Assembly (NCBI GenBank): GCA_028023455.1
Contig: JAQFVV010000003.1
Location: forward strand, 8,928,001 to 8,992,000
DNA length: 64,000 nt
From: Epiperipatus broadwayi
Taxonomy: Eukaryota > Animalia > Onychophora
Direction: 5' to 3'
Within the stretch, counting starts at the first letter, position 1, and the number at the start of each line of letters is the position of its first letter. The notes below the pieces were generated by a model. The model searched no databases, was not told where the DNA came from, and was given only the letters and a program-made list of their open reading frames with translations. Made by a program: the position numbers and the translations under genes. Positions 13,156-23,730 of this stretch are shown piece by piece.

Positions 13156-14716
13156 ATTTTTATTATTTTGTCAAATTTAGGAATGATTGATTATAATATA
13201 TTAGTTTGTTTTATGGAAAAGTTTAAATTACCAGTAAATATTTATTGTTTATTTTGCTTAGTTGTTAATACATTTTTTTTTAAAAGGTGTGTATTCATAA
13301 AGCTTCTGTCTAAAGGGTATTAAGATGTGTTTAAAAAACGACAGATTATTATTAAAAATAATGGTTTATTTCTGGTGTAGTTAAAACCCAGGATTTTGCC
13401 ATTAGACCTGTTAAACATTTAAATAATAATGAATAAAATAAAATCCCACTGCTATTCATCATAAAAACCTATTTTAAAGCTATATTTAACAAAAACAATA
13501 GTTAAAAAACATTTTTTCATTATTTAAAAAATAATATATATATATGATTATCCCATATACATTCTAAACAAGCACAATACTGATTTCTTTCTTTGGGAAG
13601 ATAAGGCTGACAACAGATTATAATGAAGAACTACAATTACACAAGGTCTTAAAAGTCTTTCAGAAAGAAAACTGCAGAAATAGTTAGAAGACATCAGCAT
13701 AAAATATCAAATAAAATAGAATAATGAACTGGCAAATTCTACATGTGGATGCATTTATAGTTCAGGGCTTTGTATAGTCATCGCAAAAATTAATCTCTAA
13801 TATGTCATTATTATTTTTATTCTTATATCTTATTATTTTCTTTTTGTGGAGTATAAAAAAGATCCCCGATTCATTTTTAATATGATGTTGACTACCATTT
13901 GCATAAATAATTCCATATATGTTAAATATACAATATTTAAACTATATTAAAGAATATTAAACTATTTTTCATGAAGTGTAGTGGTTAGTGCAGTGCCTAT
14001 TATACTACTATCTGGGATTAAATGATCCTTAAAATTTTTTCCAGGAACAAGAAGATTTAAGATTTTCCTTTCAGTTTGTCAAATCATCTATGTTTAATAT
14101 TGGATGGTAAATGGATATATAGAAATAAGTAATTTAATTTGGATTGCCAGAAAGAATTAATATCTGACTGTAAAAACAATATGATTATAATATGATTTAG
14201 CCTTAAATTGGGGAAGAGAAAATTTGAAGTTATATTTCTGCATATGCCAATTTCATAGTCTACTTTTACTATTTATAAAAAAATGTTTTCATTACTCTCT
14301 GTAATGTTACATATTTTTCACAACATCCACAAAAATTTATATTATTTATATCACATATTGGAGAGATTATGATGAAGTATAACATCATTATATTATTAAA
14401 ATTACTGCTTAATCTTAAACTGTATAAGTTGGAACATGTTGGCTGAAAGAAATGTTTTTACTATGGAGTAAATCTGATCTGCCAAAAGATTTAAATAGTC
14501 TACAAATATGGTGCCTTTATAAGAGCTAGAATTGCTCTGATTGTAATCAAAAAATAAAAATATAGCAGAGTTGCTGTTTATGCTATATTTAGTTCCAATT
14601 TTTCATTTTGTGTACATTGTATATATTAGCTTATATTTGTTGATAAGTTTTGAATACAATAGAATGTGTTGCTTACTGAACTGCACTTATTATAAGTATT
14701 TTTCAACATGCTTATA

Positions 14717-14935
14717 TATATATAAAATACATATTTTGCAGGTTCATCCATGTTAAAAACTTTTAATATTAATATACTGACGTTTCGACTTGGTCACACA
14801 AGACATCCACAGAGTTATAAAAGATTTACCTTTTATAACTCTGTGGATGGCTTGTGTGACCAAGTCAAAATGTCAGTATATTAATATTAAAAGTTTTTAA
14901 CATGGATGAACCCACAAAATATGTATTTTATATAT
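14717..14935. repeat. Near-perfect 219-bp palindrome made of two inverted copies of a minimal hammerhead-like motif
   Basis: Arms of about 107 bp with a 6-nt loop (atttac) and 5 mismatches, 4 of them CpG-type transitions. Minus strand of the left arm reads TATAACT-CTGTGGA-TGTCTTG-TGTGAC-CAAGTC-GAAAC-GTC-AGTATA. Confidence 0.95.
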
Positions 14936-15163
14936 TTAACCCATGCAAATCTTCGTTTTAACATATACATATATAGTAATGATCAGACTAGCATATTTCA
15001 CAATTTTACACTTTCTCTATTTATTTATTTACATAAGTTACATGGGCACCATCTGGTTTTAAGTATCAGGAAATAAATTAATACATATATATTTAAAACA
15101 CTATTTTATTTAATATAACGTAACTATTATTCAGCTTCATTTTGCAGAAAACATAAGTTACTC

Positions 15164-15188
15164 CTGATGAATGACAGTGAAACATGCA
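15164..15188 (+). ncRNA. Possible decayed hammerhead core
   Basis: CTGATGA-atgacagt-GAAAC-atgca. Both core boxes present, but stem II is only about 2 bp and the NUH triplet is missing. Confidence 0.3.
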
Positions 15189-16527
15189 ATCTTACATAAA
15201 AAAAATAACAAATGATGTAATAATAATTTATTTACAAGTGTACTTATTAATTGTACAATTTATTTTCTTTAATAAAATTAGCAAAATCATTTAGTTTTTT
15301 ATACATCATAATATCAATATATTAATAGATAATGTAACACATTCATCATATCTTTAACCCCAACTTCAATAAACTTAAATATAATTCTATGCATTTATAA
15401 ATCCATAAATACAAACATTTCCTTGACTCATATGTCTCCTAGTACTTACACATGCAAATGTTCTATATGGGATAGACATCAATGCTATTTTTATTACAAT
15501 AATCATAAGGAATGGTCTTTTTACATCCGAATTCTAAACATAATTGTTTATATAATAAGTAAAAGGGATAATCATATTGGTCCTAATCTTAACTGAATAA
15601 ACCTTCTATACTTTTGTCTTCTAAACCTAATTTAATACAACTATAATTTATACAGGGATGACTCATTCTGAGATCGATCACTATCTCCTTAAACTGATGT
15701 GAACATATATTAAACATTGAACAAACAACTGTGCATATATAAGTCAATCCAAATTTTCAGTAATCAGATATAAGTTTAACTACAAACAAATGAGTCTAAT
15801 AGAAATAATTACATCATCAACCATAATTCTTTTTTACCTTTTCCTCTTATTAATAACTTATATAAAATTCAAAAGCTTAGCATAAATATGTGATATATAA
15901 TAATTATTTTTTCTTTAAAAAATAATTTTAATAAGTAAAGAGAAATTATTACAAATTCATTTTTTTTGACAGTTTCTTTTAAAATAATACCAAGATAATA
16001 AACCTTGTTTCTAAATCCAAATTATTTAAAATAAAATATAAATCACTCTTTAAATTTGCCTAAACAAAATAATTGTCATTTACTCTTTTTCTGACAAATA
16101 TTAAAAGTCTGTTTACGGTTATATTTAATATAATCTTGCAATTTCTGTCTTTTAAATAAGTGCTAATTCTTCATTTTAACTGGAGTTATTCAAAATATGA
16201 TTCAAAAGTGTTTCAGATTAGATCTAGCTAACTATTAATGGTGTTCTTCATTTTTATTCACAAGGCCCGGGGTTTGAATGAAGTAGTATTTAAATCTAAT
16301 TTAAAGGAAAAAAAACTGATTTTATATCAAAATTTAGTTTTCTCTTGAACCTTTATTTTTTTTTATTTTTTTTTTTAAAAAACAAACAAATTTGCATATC
16401 ATTTTGCTTAGAGAAAAAAAAAGCAACTTTTTTTTTGTTTATTGAAATGAATAATAGATTGTTCATTCCAATATATATATATATAAATTATAATATTGTC
16501 ATGGATAAATGATGATTCATATTATTA

Positions 16528-17344
16528 ATTTTTGGAGATTCAGTATAGTAAAAATAAAATAGCTAAATAGTTGATGTTTCAGTACAACAATAAGTACTTT
16601 CAAATAATAACAATATTTCACTTTTCTTACACTTTAAAGCAAAATATATTTATTTATTCTTTACAGTTTCGACTGTTCCTAGCAGTCTTAATCAGATCTT
16701 AAACTGTAATGAATAAATAAATATATTTTACTTTAAACTGTAAGAAGACTGAAATGTTATTATTACATATTATATATATATAAAAAAGCAAAAATAAAGA
16801 AGGAAAGAGGTAAAGAAAGTATTGAAGAATAAGTATTTTTCTGGGAGATTCTTCTTTATCAAATCATATGAATGTGTGTGAGATTTAAAATCATTATTAT
16901 TTTTTTCTTTTATTTTCTCCTCATACAGAAATTATATTGGTTGAGAAATTTTAAAAAATATTTTATCCTTCAATAGCTTTTTTCAAATATTGTTTATTTT
17001 CTTCAATTCATACTTCTCATTTATGCTCTTGGATTTTTTAAAAATCTTTATCACTTCCCTTAACAGTCTCTGGTCATATTATCCATTTTTTTCTAGAATA
17101 TGTTTTGTTAAAATTGATCTTATGTTTAATTAATTTTATGTGTGAATAAAGGCTGATGAATTGCTTTTTTTTTAAATTGCCAAAGTGTATGTATTTTTTT
17201 TGCTTATATTTATGCTACAATTTTAAATCTCACACACATTCTCATAATTTAAAAAAAAAGTTCTGAGAGAGAGATAGTACTTGTTATTGTATTGAAATGT
17301 CAGCTATTTAACTACTATTTTTACTACATAGAATTTTCAGAAAT
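16528..17344. repeat. Large interrupted inverted repeat with hammerhead-like arms
   Basis: 16528-16597 is inverted relative to 17276-17344, and 16867-16891 relative to 17220-17245. The right arm reads AGTT-CTGAGAGAGAGAT-AGTAC-ttgttatt-GTATT-GAAATGTC-AGCT; the left arm minus strand has GAAACATC, so both can derive from GAAACGTC by CpG decay. Confidence 0.75.
16601..16827. mobile_element. Hammerhead-bearing palindrome inserted into the left arm of the larger inverted repeat
   Basis: Arms about 16603-16669 and 16701-16765. Centre on the minus strand: CTGATTA-A-GACTG-CTAGGAA-CAGTC-GAAAC-TGTA. Flanked by aataagtacttt (16589-16600) / aataagtatttt (16828-16839). Confidence 0.75.
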
Positions 17345-17907
17345 CAATATATATGTAATACATACAATTCTATTTATATTGTGCATATACAAATTAAGAT
17401 TATACTGTAGTTTTAAAATGAAAAAAAAAATTAAATAATAAATTGAGAAAATATATTTAAATGTATGTGTTTGATTTATTCACATTCACTTAAAAAAAAA
17501 AATTCAATAATAAATGTTTACTGTACAATATCTTTATTTTTAAAATAAAATGAATAGTGAAATGTCATATTTTCATCTCAATTAAAACACCCATGATAAT
17601 ACTCTTTCCTTCAATAATTTTTTTAGCAGTAACATTATTAGCAGAATACAACTTATGTAATTGTTTAGATGATCTTCATATTGATCCTGGCATCTATACA
17701 ACTATTTCTACCTGCCATTACTCATTTCATTTTCTTTTAAATTTTTTGAGCTTTAAGATTTCTGACACAATATAAAAATGATTTACAGATCTTTCTTTTA
17801 TGAATTTTATTAAATTTCATAAAACTTTTAGTTTTATGCTTAGAAAACATTATTTTATTTGCATTATTGTATACATCACATTTGGAAAGGAATCATCATC
17901 ATCATTA

Positions 17908-20736
17908 TCAACCATTATCAATCCACTGCAGGATGAAGGTCTCTCCAAGTTTAATCCATCTTCTCCGATCTTTAGCTTCTCTTCTCCACATCACCCCTAC
18001 ACATTTTCTTATTTCATCCATCCATCTTACATGTGGTCTCCTTCTGGGTCTTTTACAATCTCTTGGAATCCAGTTTAAAATTTCAATTGTCCATCTATTA
18101 TCATCTCTTCTAGCAATATGTCCAGCCCAACTCCACTTCAATCTTTTAATTTTTTCAATGAGGTCAGTAACACCTGTTTGTTCTCTTACCCATACATTGC
18201 GTTTTCGATCTCTTCTTGTTACTCCCAACATACATCTCTCCATACTTCTTTGAGTGGTCTGAAGTCTCTGTATTGATCTTCTATTAAGTGTCCAAGTCTC
18301 AGATCCATAAGTAAGAACTGGTAAAACACATTTGTTAAAAACCTTTCTTTTCAAACACATAGGCATATTTCCTTTTAATATCAAGTTATTTCTACCAAAA
18401 GCACTCCAACCAAGTTTAATTCTATGATTAATTTCCTCTATTATGTTTCCATCTGTATTAATAATCTGACCAAGGTATTTGTAACTCTTAACTTCTTCTA
18501 ATTCATCATAATCAATCTTTATTTTCATATTTTGAGCAAATCGATTAAACATTACTTTAGTCTTTTTAACATTTATCTTTAGTCCTACTTTCCTACTTTC
18601 ATCTGATAACTCCTGCAACATTTCCTGCAGCTCGGAAGCATTATTTGCAAAAACAACTACATCATCTGCGAAATCTAAATGACTTAAATAATCTCCATTT
18701 ACTTTCACTCCTTTAGTTTCCCATTTTAATCCACAAAATACTTCTTGCAGCACTGCTGTAAAAAGTTTTGGAGATATGGAGTCACCTTGTCTTACACCTT
18801 TCTCAATGTTGACTTTCCCAGTATCATTATGTAATCTAATTGTTGCTGTTGCATTTTTATAAATATTCTTTAAAATATGACAATATCCTGGATCTATACC
18901 TTGATGATCCAATGCTTTAATCACTGAAGAAATGTTTATAGAATCAAATGCCTTTTCATAATCTACAAATCCAAAACATAATGACAACTCATATTCATTT
19001 GTCCTTTCTATAACTTCTCTCAATACTTGAATATGATCTACTGTACTAAAACCACTTTTAAATCCAGCTTGTTCTCTTGGTTGGTGAAAATCCAAGGTTC
19101 TCTGTAGACGAGTTGTAATTATCTTGGTAAAAATTTTATATAAAACTGATAAAAGGCTGATAGGTCTGTAATTTCTAATATCTTCTTTATCACCTTTTTT
19201 AAATATTAATATTATTACTGCATTCTTCCAATCATCCAGTACATCTTTATCATTTAGACATTTGGTATATAACTTTGCTAATATTTTTTCTGTTTCTTCA
19301 CCTGCTTCTTTTAATATATCAATTATAATTCCATCATTACCTGGAGCCTTTCCTTTTTTCATACATTTAATTGCATTTCTCACTTCTTCATTTAAAATTC
19401 TGGGCAATTCGGAAGATGTAATAGATATAGGAGGTACTTGTTCTTTATTACTATATAATTCTTGATAAAAATCTTCTACCAATTTCATAATGTCATCCCT
19501 CTTTTTAGTAATAATTCCATCTTTTTTCCTTATTGCAGATATAAATTTTCTACCAATACCAAAATGTTGTTTTACATTCTTAAGACTTTTATTTTCTTCT
19601 ACAGCTTTTCTTGCTAGTTCACAGTTATACTTTCTTATATCATTTTCAACTCTTTTCCGCACCATTTTACAAAATTCGAGATATTCAATTCTTTTTAATG
19701 CATCATTCTTGCATATCTTCATATTCCTTCTTTTCTTCATAAGTTCTCTAGTCTCAGTAGAAATTTTATTAGTCAATTGCTGCTTTTTTCTACCAGCTAT
19801 CTTTGTTGCAGTTTTTAAAAGTGTATCAGTTATTTTCATATTAATTTCATTCAAATCTGAATCATGTTCAAAATCTACTAATACTTGAAACCGATTTGTG
19901 AGTTCTAATTTAAATTCATTAGAATGTTTCTGAAGATTAGGAATATCAACTGTAAATATAGTTTTTCTTAATAATTTTTGTCTCTCTAGTTTTACATTAA
20001 CATGTATCTTACCCCTTACTAATCGATGATCACTTCCTGTGTTAAATTTATTAAGAACATTACAATCTTGAAATATGTATTTCCTGTTAGTCAAAATATA
20101 ATCCAATTCTGCTGTACCTTCATTTCGATGCTTCCATGTCCATTTCCTTCTAACATTTTTCTCAAAAAAAGAATTCATAATATAAAGTTTTTCCTTCTCT
20201 GCAAACTCCACAAGTCTATGTCCTCTCTCATTTCTATTACCATAACCAAAATTACCTACAACACTTTCATCTTTCATTTGTTTACCAATTCTAGCATTAA
20301 AATCTCCCATAACAATTTTAAAATGTTGTTTACTCTGATCAAAAGCCTTTTGTACATCCATATAAAAATCTTCTACTACTTCATCACTGTGAGAACTTGT
20401 TGGGGCATAAACCTGAATTATCTGCATTTGATATCTGCTATTAAGTTGTATAACTAATCTTGCCACTCTGTCTGATACACCATCAATCTCCACAATATTG
20501 TTCTTCCACTTTTTATTTATAATGAATCCTACTCCACTTGTATTTCCAATATTTGTGCCTTTATAATAGAGCATATGTCCACTTTTTAAATCAATTGTCT
20601 CTTCACCTTTTCTTCTAACTTCACAAAGTCCAATAATATCCCATTTAATATAAGAGAGTTCTTCTTCTAATTCTTGCAATCTTCCTTCACTTGAAAATGA
20701 TCTGCAGTTGTAAGTACCTAAATAAAAAGTCGTCAT
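17908..20736 (-). CDS. RTE LINE ORF: apurinic-like endonuclease plus reverse transcriptase (942 aa from the first ATG)
   Basis: APE motifs GTYNCRS, GLCEVR, GDFNAR, LDYIL, SDH; RT motifs NYRPISLL, EQAGF, DYEKAFDS, GVRQGDSISP, FADD, YKYLG; RTE-type C-terminus WAGHIARR...RRRPHVRWMD. No internal stops. Confidence 0.95.
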   Translation of the reverse strand: MTTFYLGTYNCRSFSSEGRLQELEEELSYIKWDIIGLCEVRRKGEETIDLKSGHMLYYKGTNIGNTSGVGFIINKKWKNNIVEIDGVSDRVARLVIQLNSRYQMQIIQVYAPTSSHSDEVVEDFYMDVQKAFDQSKQHFKIVMGDFNARIGKQMKDESVVGNFGYGNRNERGHRLVEFAEKEKLYIMNSFFEKNVRRKWTWKHRNEGTAELDYILTNRKYIFQDCNVLNKFNTGSDHRLVRGKIHVNVKLERQKLLRKTIFTVDIPNLQKHSNEFKLELTNRFQVLVDFEHDSDLNEINMKITDTLLKTATKIAGRKKQQLTNKISTETRELMKKRRNMKICKNDALKRIEYLEFCKMVRKRVENDIRKYNCELARKAVEENKSLKNVKQHFGIGRKFISAIRKKDGIITKKRDDIMKLVEDFYQELYSNKEQVPPISITSSELPRILNEEVRNAIKCMKKGKAPGNDGIIIDILKEAGEETEKILAKLYTKCLNDKDVLDDWKNAVIILIFKKGDKEDIRNYRPISLLSVLYKIFTKIITTRLQRTLDFHQPREQAGFKSGFSTVDHIQVLREVIERTNEYELSLCFGFVDYEKAFDSINISSVIKALDHQGIDPGYCHILKNIYKNATATIRLHNDTGKVNIEKGVRQGDSISPKLFTAVLQEVFCGLKWETKGVKVNGDYLSHLDFADDVVVFANNASELQEMLQELSDESRKVGLKINVKKTKVMFNRFAQNMKIKIDYDELEEVKSYKYLGQIINTDGNIIEEINHRIKLGWSAFGRNNLILKGNMPMCLKRKVFNKCVLPVLTYGSETWTLNRRSIQRLQTTQRSMERCMLGVTRRDRKRNVWVREQTGVTDLIEKIKRLKWSWAGHIARRDDNRWTIEILNWIPRDCKRPRRRPHVRWMDEIRKCVGVMWRREAKDRRRWIKLGETFILQWIDNG

Positions 20737-21021
20737 CAAATGGCAGCCTGGGTCCGCCTCCAGGATATTCTTAGCACCCTCCGCCTTCGGCCACCAACCG
20801 CTGCCTTGGTTGGTGACTTTACAGCCTCCTGGGATTAAGGGCTATGCTTTATTTTTGTCTGTCATAATTGTATAATTGGGAAAAATCTTTACCATTTACA
20901 CAAACATTCATTCTGCCTTATCAGGCACTGAGAAGAAAGACCATGGTGTTTCTTGATCTTAAACTCAGAGGTAAAAAGCCAATAAACTCACCACGCTGGC
21001 TAATGCATGTTGGTGAGCAGC

Positions 21022-21187
21022 CCATCCATGTTCATATACTATATGAATAAACATATAGTAATAACAGCTGCAACGACAAGAACGTATGGAGTGGACATTA
21101 GGAATTTGCCCTGCTCGGTTCCTTTAAGGCCTCCAAGAGGAATCAAAGGGTCTCCTTTCAGTTAATAGCAAACTCCTTTCTGCAGCC
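21022..21187 (-). ncRNA. HDV-like (nested double pseudoknot) ribozyme forming the LINE 5' end; catalytic C appears as T
   Basis: P1 GGCTGCA/TGCAGCT with G1-U wobble; P1.2 GGAGTTTGCT/GGCAAATTCC; P2 CCA(C)TCCAT/ATGGATGG; P3 ACG/CGT; L3 TTCTTGT; P4 TACTATATG/CATATAGTA; J4/2 TGAAC. G1 coincides with the TSD boundary. Confidence 0.8.
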
Positions 21188-21478
21188 TTGGAAAGGAATA
21201 TAAAGCAAAAAATAAACTATGTGTTTTCAATATAAGCCAAAGAAATTAATAAATGTAATCATATATAGTTCCCCAAGGAGAAAATGATTGCTTCCATATT
21301 ATAAAATTTATTAAATTTATGAATTTTAATGTTTTTATTTATTTACACTTTTTTTGGATAGTAAATAATAGAATTGTATACTGATAACAGCATATATCAA
21401 AACTTCACCATATGATTGCACAATTTCATAATTTGGTTAACACAGTGTAGAGATGAACAGTAAGAGCTCACACGACAA

Positions 21479-21592
21479 GGACTTAAATGATTTATAGATG
21501 ATAAGACATTTTTTGGATTGAAAACAATACCTGATCGGACTTAAATGATTTAAATATGATAACATTTTTGGATTGAAAACAATACCTGATCA
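21479..21592. repeat. Tandem duplication of a 55-59 bp unit
   Basis: ggacttaaatgattta..atgataa(ga)catttttggattgaaaacaatacctgatc occurs twice. Confidence 0.9.
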
Positions 21593-21780
21593 TCATCATA
21601 TTTTACAAAGATCAGAGAATAATATTATTGGAGGTATCTGAAAATTATTTCACTATTTGTGAACTTCATAATCTGAATTAAATCTGTTATATTCATCTAC
21701 ACATGTTAATTTGTATAAAATATTAATAATCTTGAATTATTTTAATTCTTCCATTAGCATATATGCTATAATGTATTTAT

Positions 21781-21781
21781 A

Positions 21782-21817
<36 letters not shown>
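21781..21817. repeat. (TA)n(TG)n microsatellite
   Basis: Read directly from the sequence. Confidence 0.9.
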
Positions 21818-22180
21818 ATGCACATTATGAAATATTCTATAACTTTATTAGCTTAATTGCTTGTATTAGACAATTTATTTATATTTTGTATTTTTTTTAA
21901 TAAACTGATGTTATTGTATTTGTTTAACAAATATCATCAATGCTTATTGAGAGAATTTTATGCTTTTGACAATCCATAAAACTATATCCATTGTAGTCAT
22001 AAAGATCATCATGAATTAGAAGCCAGAATAAAAAATACTATACTAATGTGCTGTAACACAATTATTACCAGCCTAAGACTGAAAATGAATGATATTAGTA
22101 AGTTTCAAAATTAGATAAATATGGCCATGCATAAAATACATTTAATGATCATTTTATTGTAAAAAGAAAGTAGCAATAAT

Positions 22181-23730
22181 ATCATCATCATCACCATCAT
22201 TATTCAACCATTATTGATTAAATGCAGGGTTAAGTGCTTTTCAAGTTTAATTCAGTTTCTCTGATTTTTAGCCATTCTTCTACACATCACACCAACAAAC
22301 CTTACTTTATCCATCCATCTCTCATGTAATCTGTTTTTTGATTTTTTTATAATTCCTTGCGATTCAATTTAAAACATCAGTTATCTATCTGTGATCACCT
22401 GTTCTAAAAATATGTCTAACCTAGCTTCATTTCAGTCTCTTAATATTTTCAATGATGTCTGTGATATCTATTGATTTTCTCATCTATGTCTTTAATTTTC
22501 TGACTTTTTGTTACTCCTAACACATACCTTTTTATATTTCATTGAATTGTTTGAAGTTTCTATATTGTGTTCTTTTATTAAGTATCCACAGCTCAGATCC
22601 AACTAAGAAAAGACATATATTAAAAACCTTTCTTTACAAACATGTAGGCATAATTCTTATTGATACTATATTATTTATATCAAATGCACTTCATACAATT
22701 TTAATTCTATGATTAATTTTATCTATTATATTTCCAGTTGTAATATAATATGAACAAAGTATTTATAATTGTTAACTTTAATTTATGATTATGAAACTTT
22801 GTTTTTTTTTTTCTTTTGAGAAAATTCATTCAACATTATTTTAGACTTTGTTAATATTATCTACAGTCCTATTTTCTTACATTCATTTGATAAATCTGCA
22901 ACATTTTCTAAAACTCTAAAGCATTATTTGCAAAACAACCACATTATTTATCATGAAAATCTCCCATGATAATTTTTGTATGATCAAAAGCGTTTTGTAT
23001 ATCCATATAGAAATCCTCTATGCCTTTGGTATAATGAGATCTTATTATGGCCTGAATTATATACATTTGATATTTTTTTATTAATTAATCTTGCTACTGT
23101 CTGATATAATACCAATCTCCACAATGTTGTTGTTTTTTTTTTTCACTTTTTATTTATAATGAAACTCACTTCACTTGTGTAGTCAATATTTGTATCTTTG
23201 TAGTAAAATATATATCCACTTTTATTTCTTTACCTTTTCTTCTAACATTATAAAGTTTAACAATATTCTATTTATGTTAGATAGTTTTTTCTTACTAAGT
23301 TCCTGCAATCTTTTTTTATTTGAAAGGGATCTCTCATTGTAGGTAGCTAAGTAAAAGTTCCATATTGAATGGCATTATGGAGCTGCAATCACAAGATTGA
23401 TTGTTGCTTTGATGGATGAATTCACAGCTTCCTGGGAATAAGTGTCATGATTTAGTTTTTATCTGTCATGTTTGCAAATATCTGTAAAAAACCATAAACA
23501 AACATTCATCTTGTCTTCAAAAAAAATTTAACTAACATTTCAATTAAAATCTATCAGGCAACTAAGAAGAAAAACTATGATGTTTTTTAATTTTAAACTT
23601 AAAAGATAAAAAGCTATTGAACTCATCATTCTGTTGTATGTTGGTGAGTGATCTATCCATATTCATTTATCATAAACTTAATCACTTAGTAATAACAACT
23701 ACAATGACAAGAATGTGTGGAGTGGACAAA
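22181..23730 (-). mobile_element. Decayed, internally deleted copy of the RTE LINE
   Basis: The (ATC)n tail and 3' ORF align with 17894-18660; after a jump at about 22970 it aligns with the endonuclease region (20340-20730) and with the 5' UTR/ribozyme region (gaatgtgtggagtggac vs gaacgtatggagtggac). Confidence 0.85.

Larger units (their letters stand above)
17894..21187 (-). mobile_element. Full-length RTE-clade LINE, about 3.3 kb, with 12-bp TSD
   Basis: TSD TTGGAAAGGAAT at 17882-17893 and 21188-21199; single long EN-RT ORF; (TGA)n tail directly after the stop codon; about 450-nt 5' UTR. Confidence 0.95.

Noticed and set aside
13974-14030. Additional tRNA-derived SINE head (gtgtagtggttagtgc)
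   Set aside because: Only an A-box-like word; no convincing B box, tail or TSD.
17800-20457. Plus-strand ORFs of 67-143 aa overlapping the LINE
   Set aside because: Antisense shadows of the RTE ORF; no independent evidence of function.
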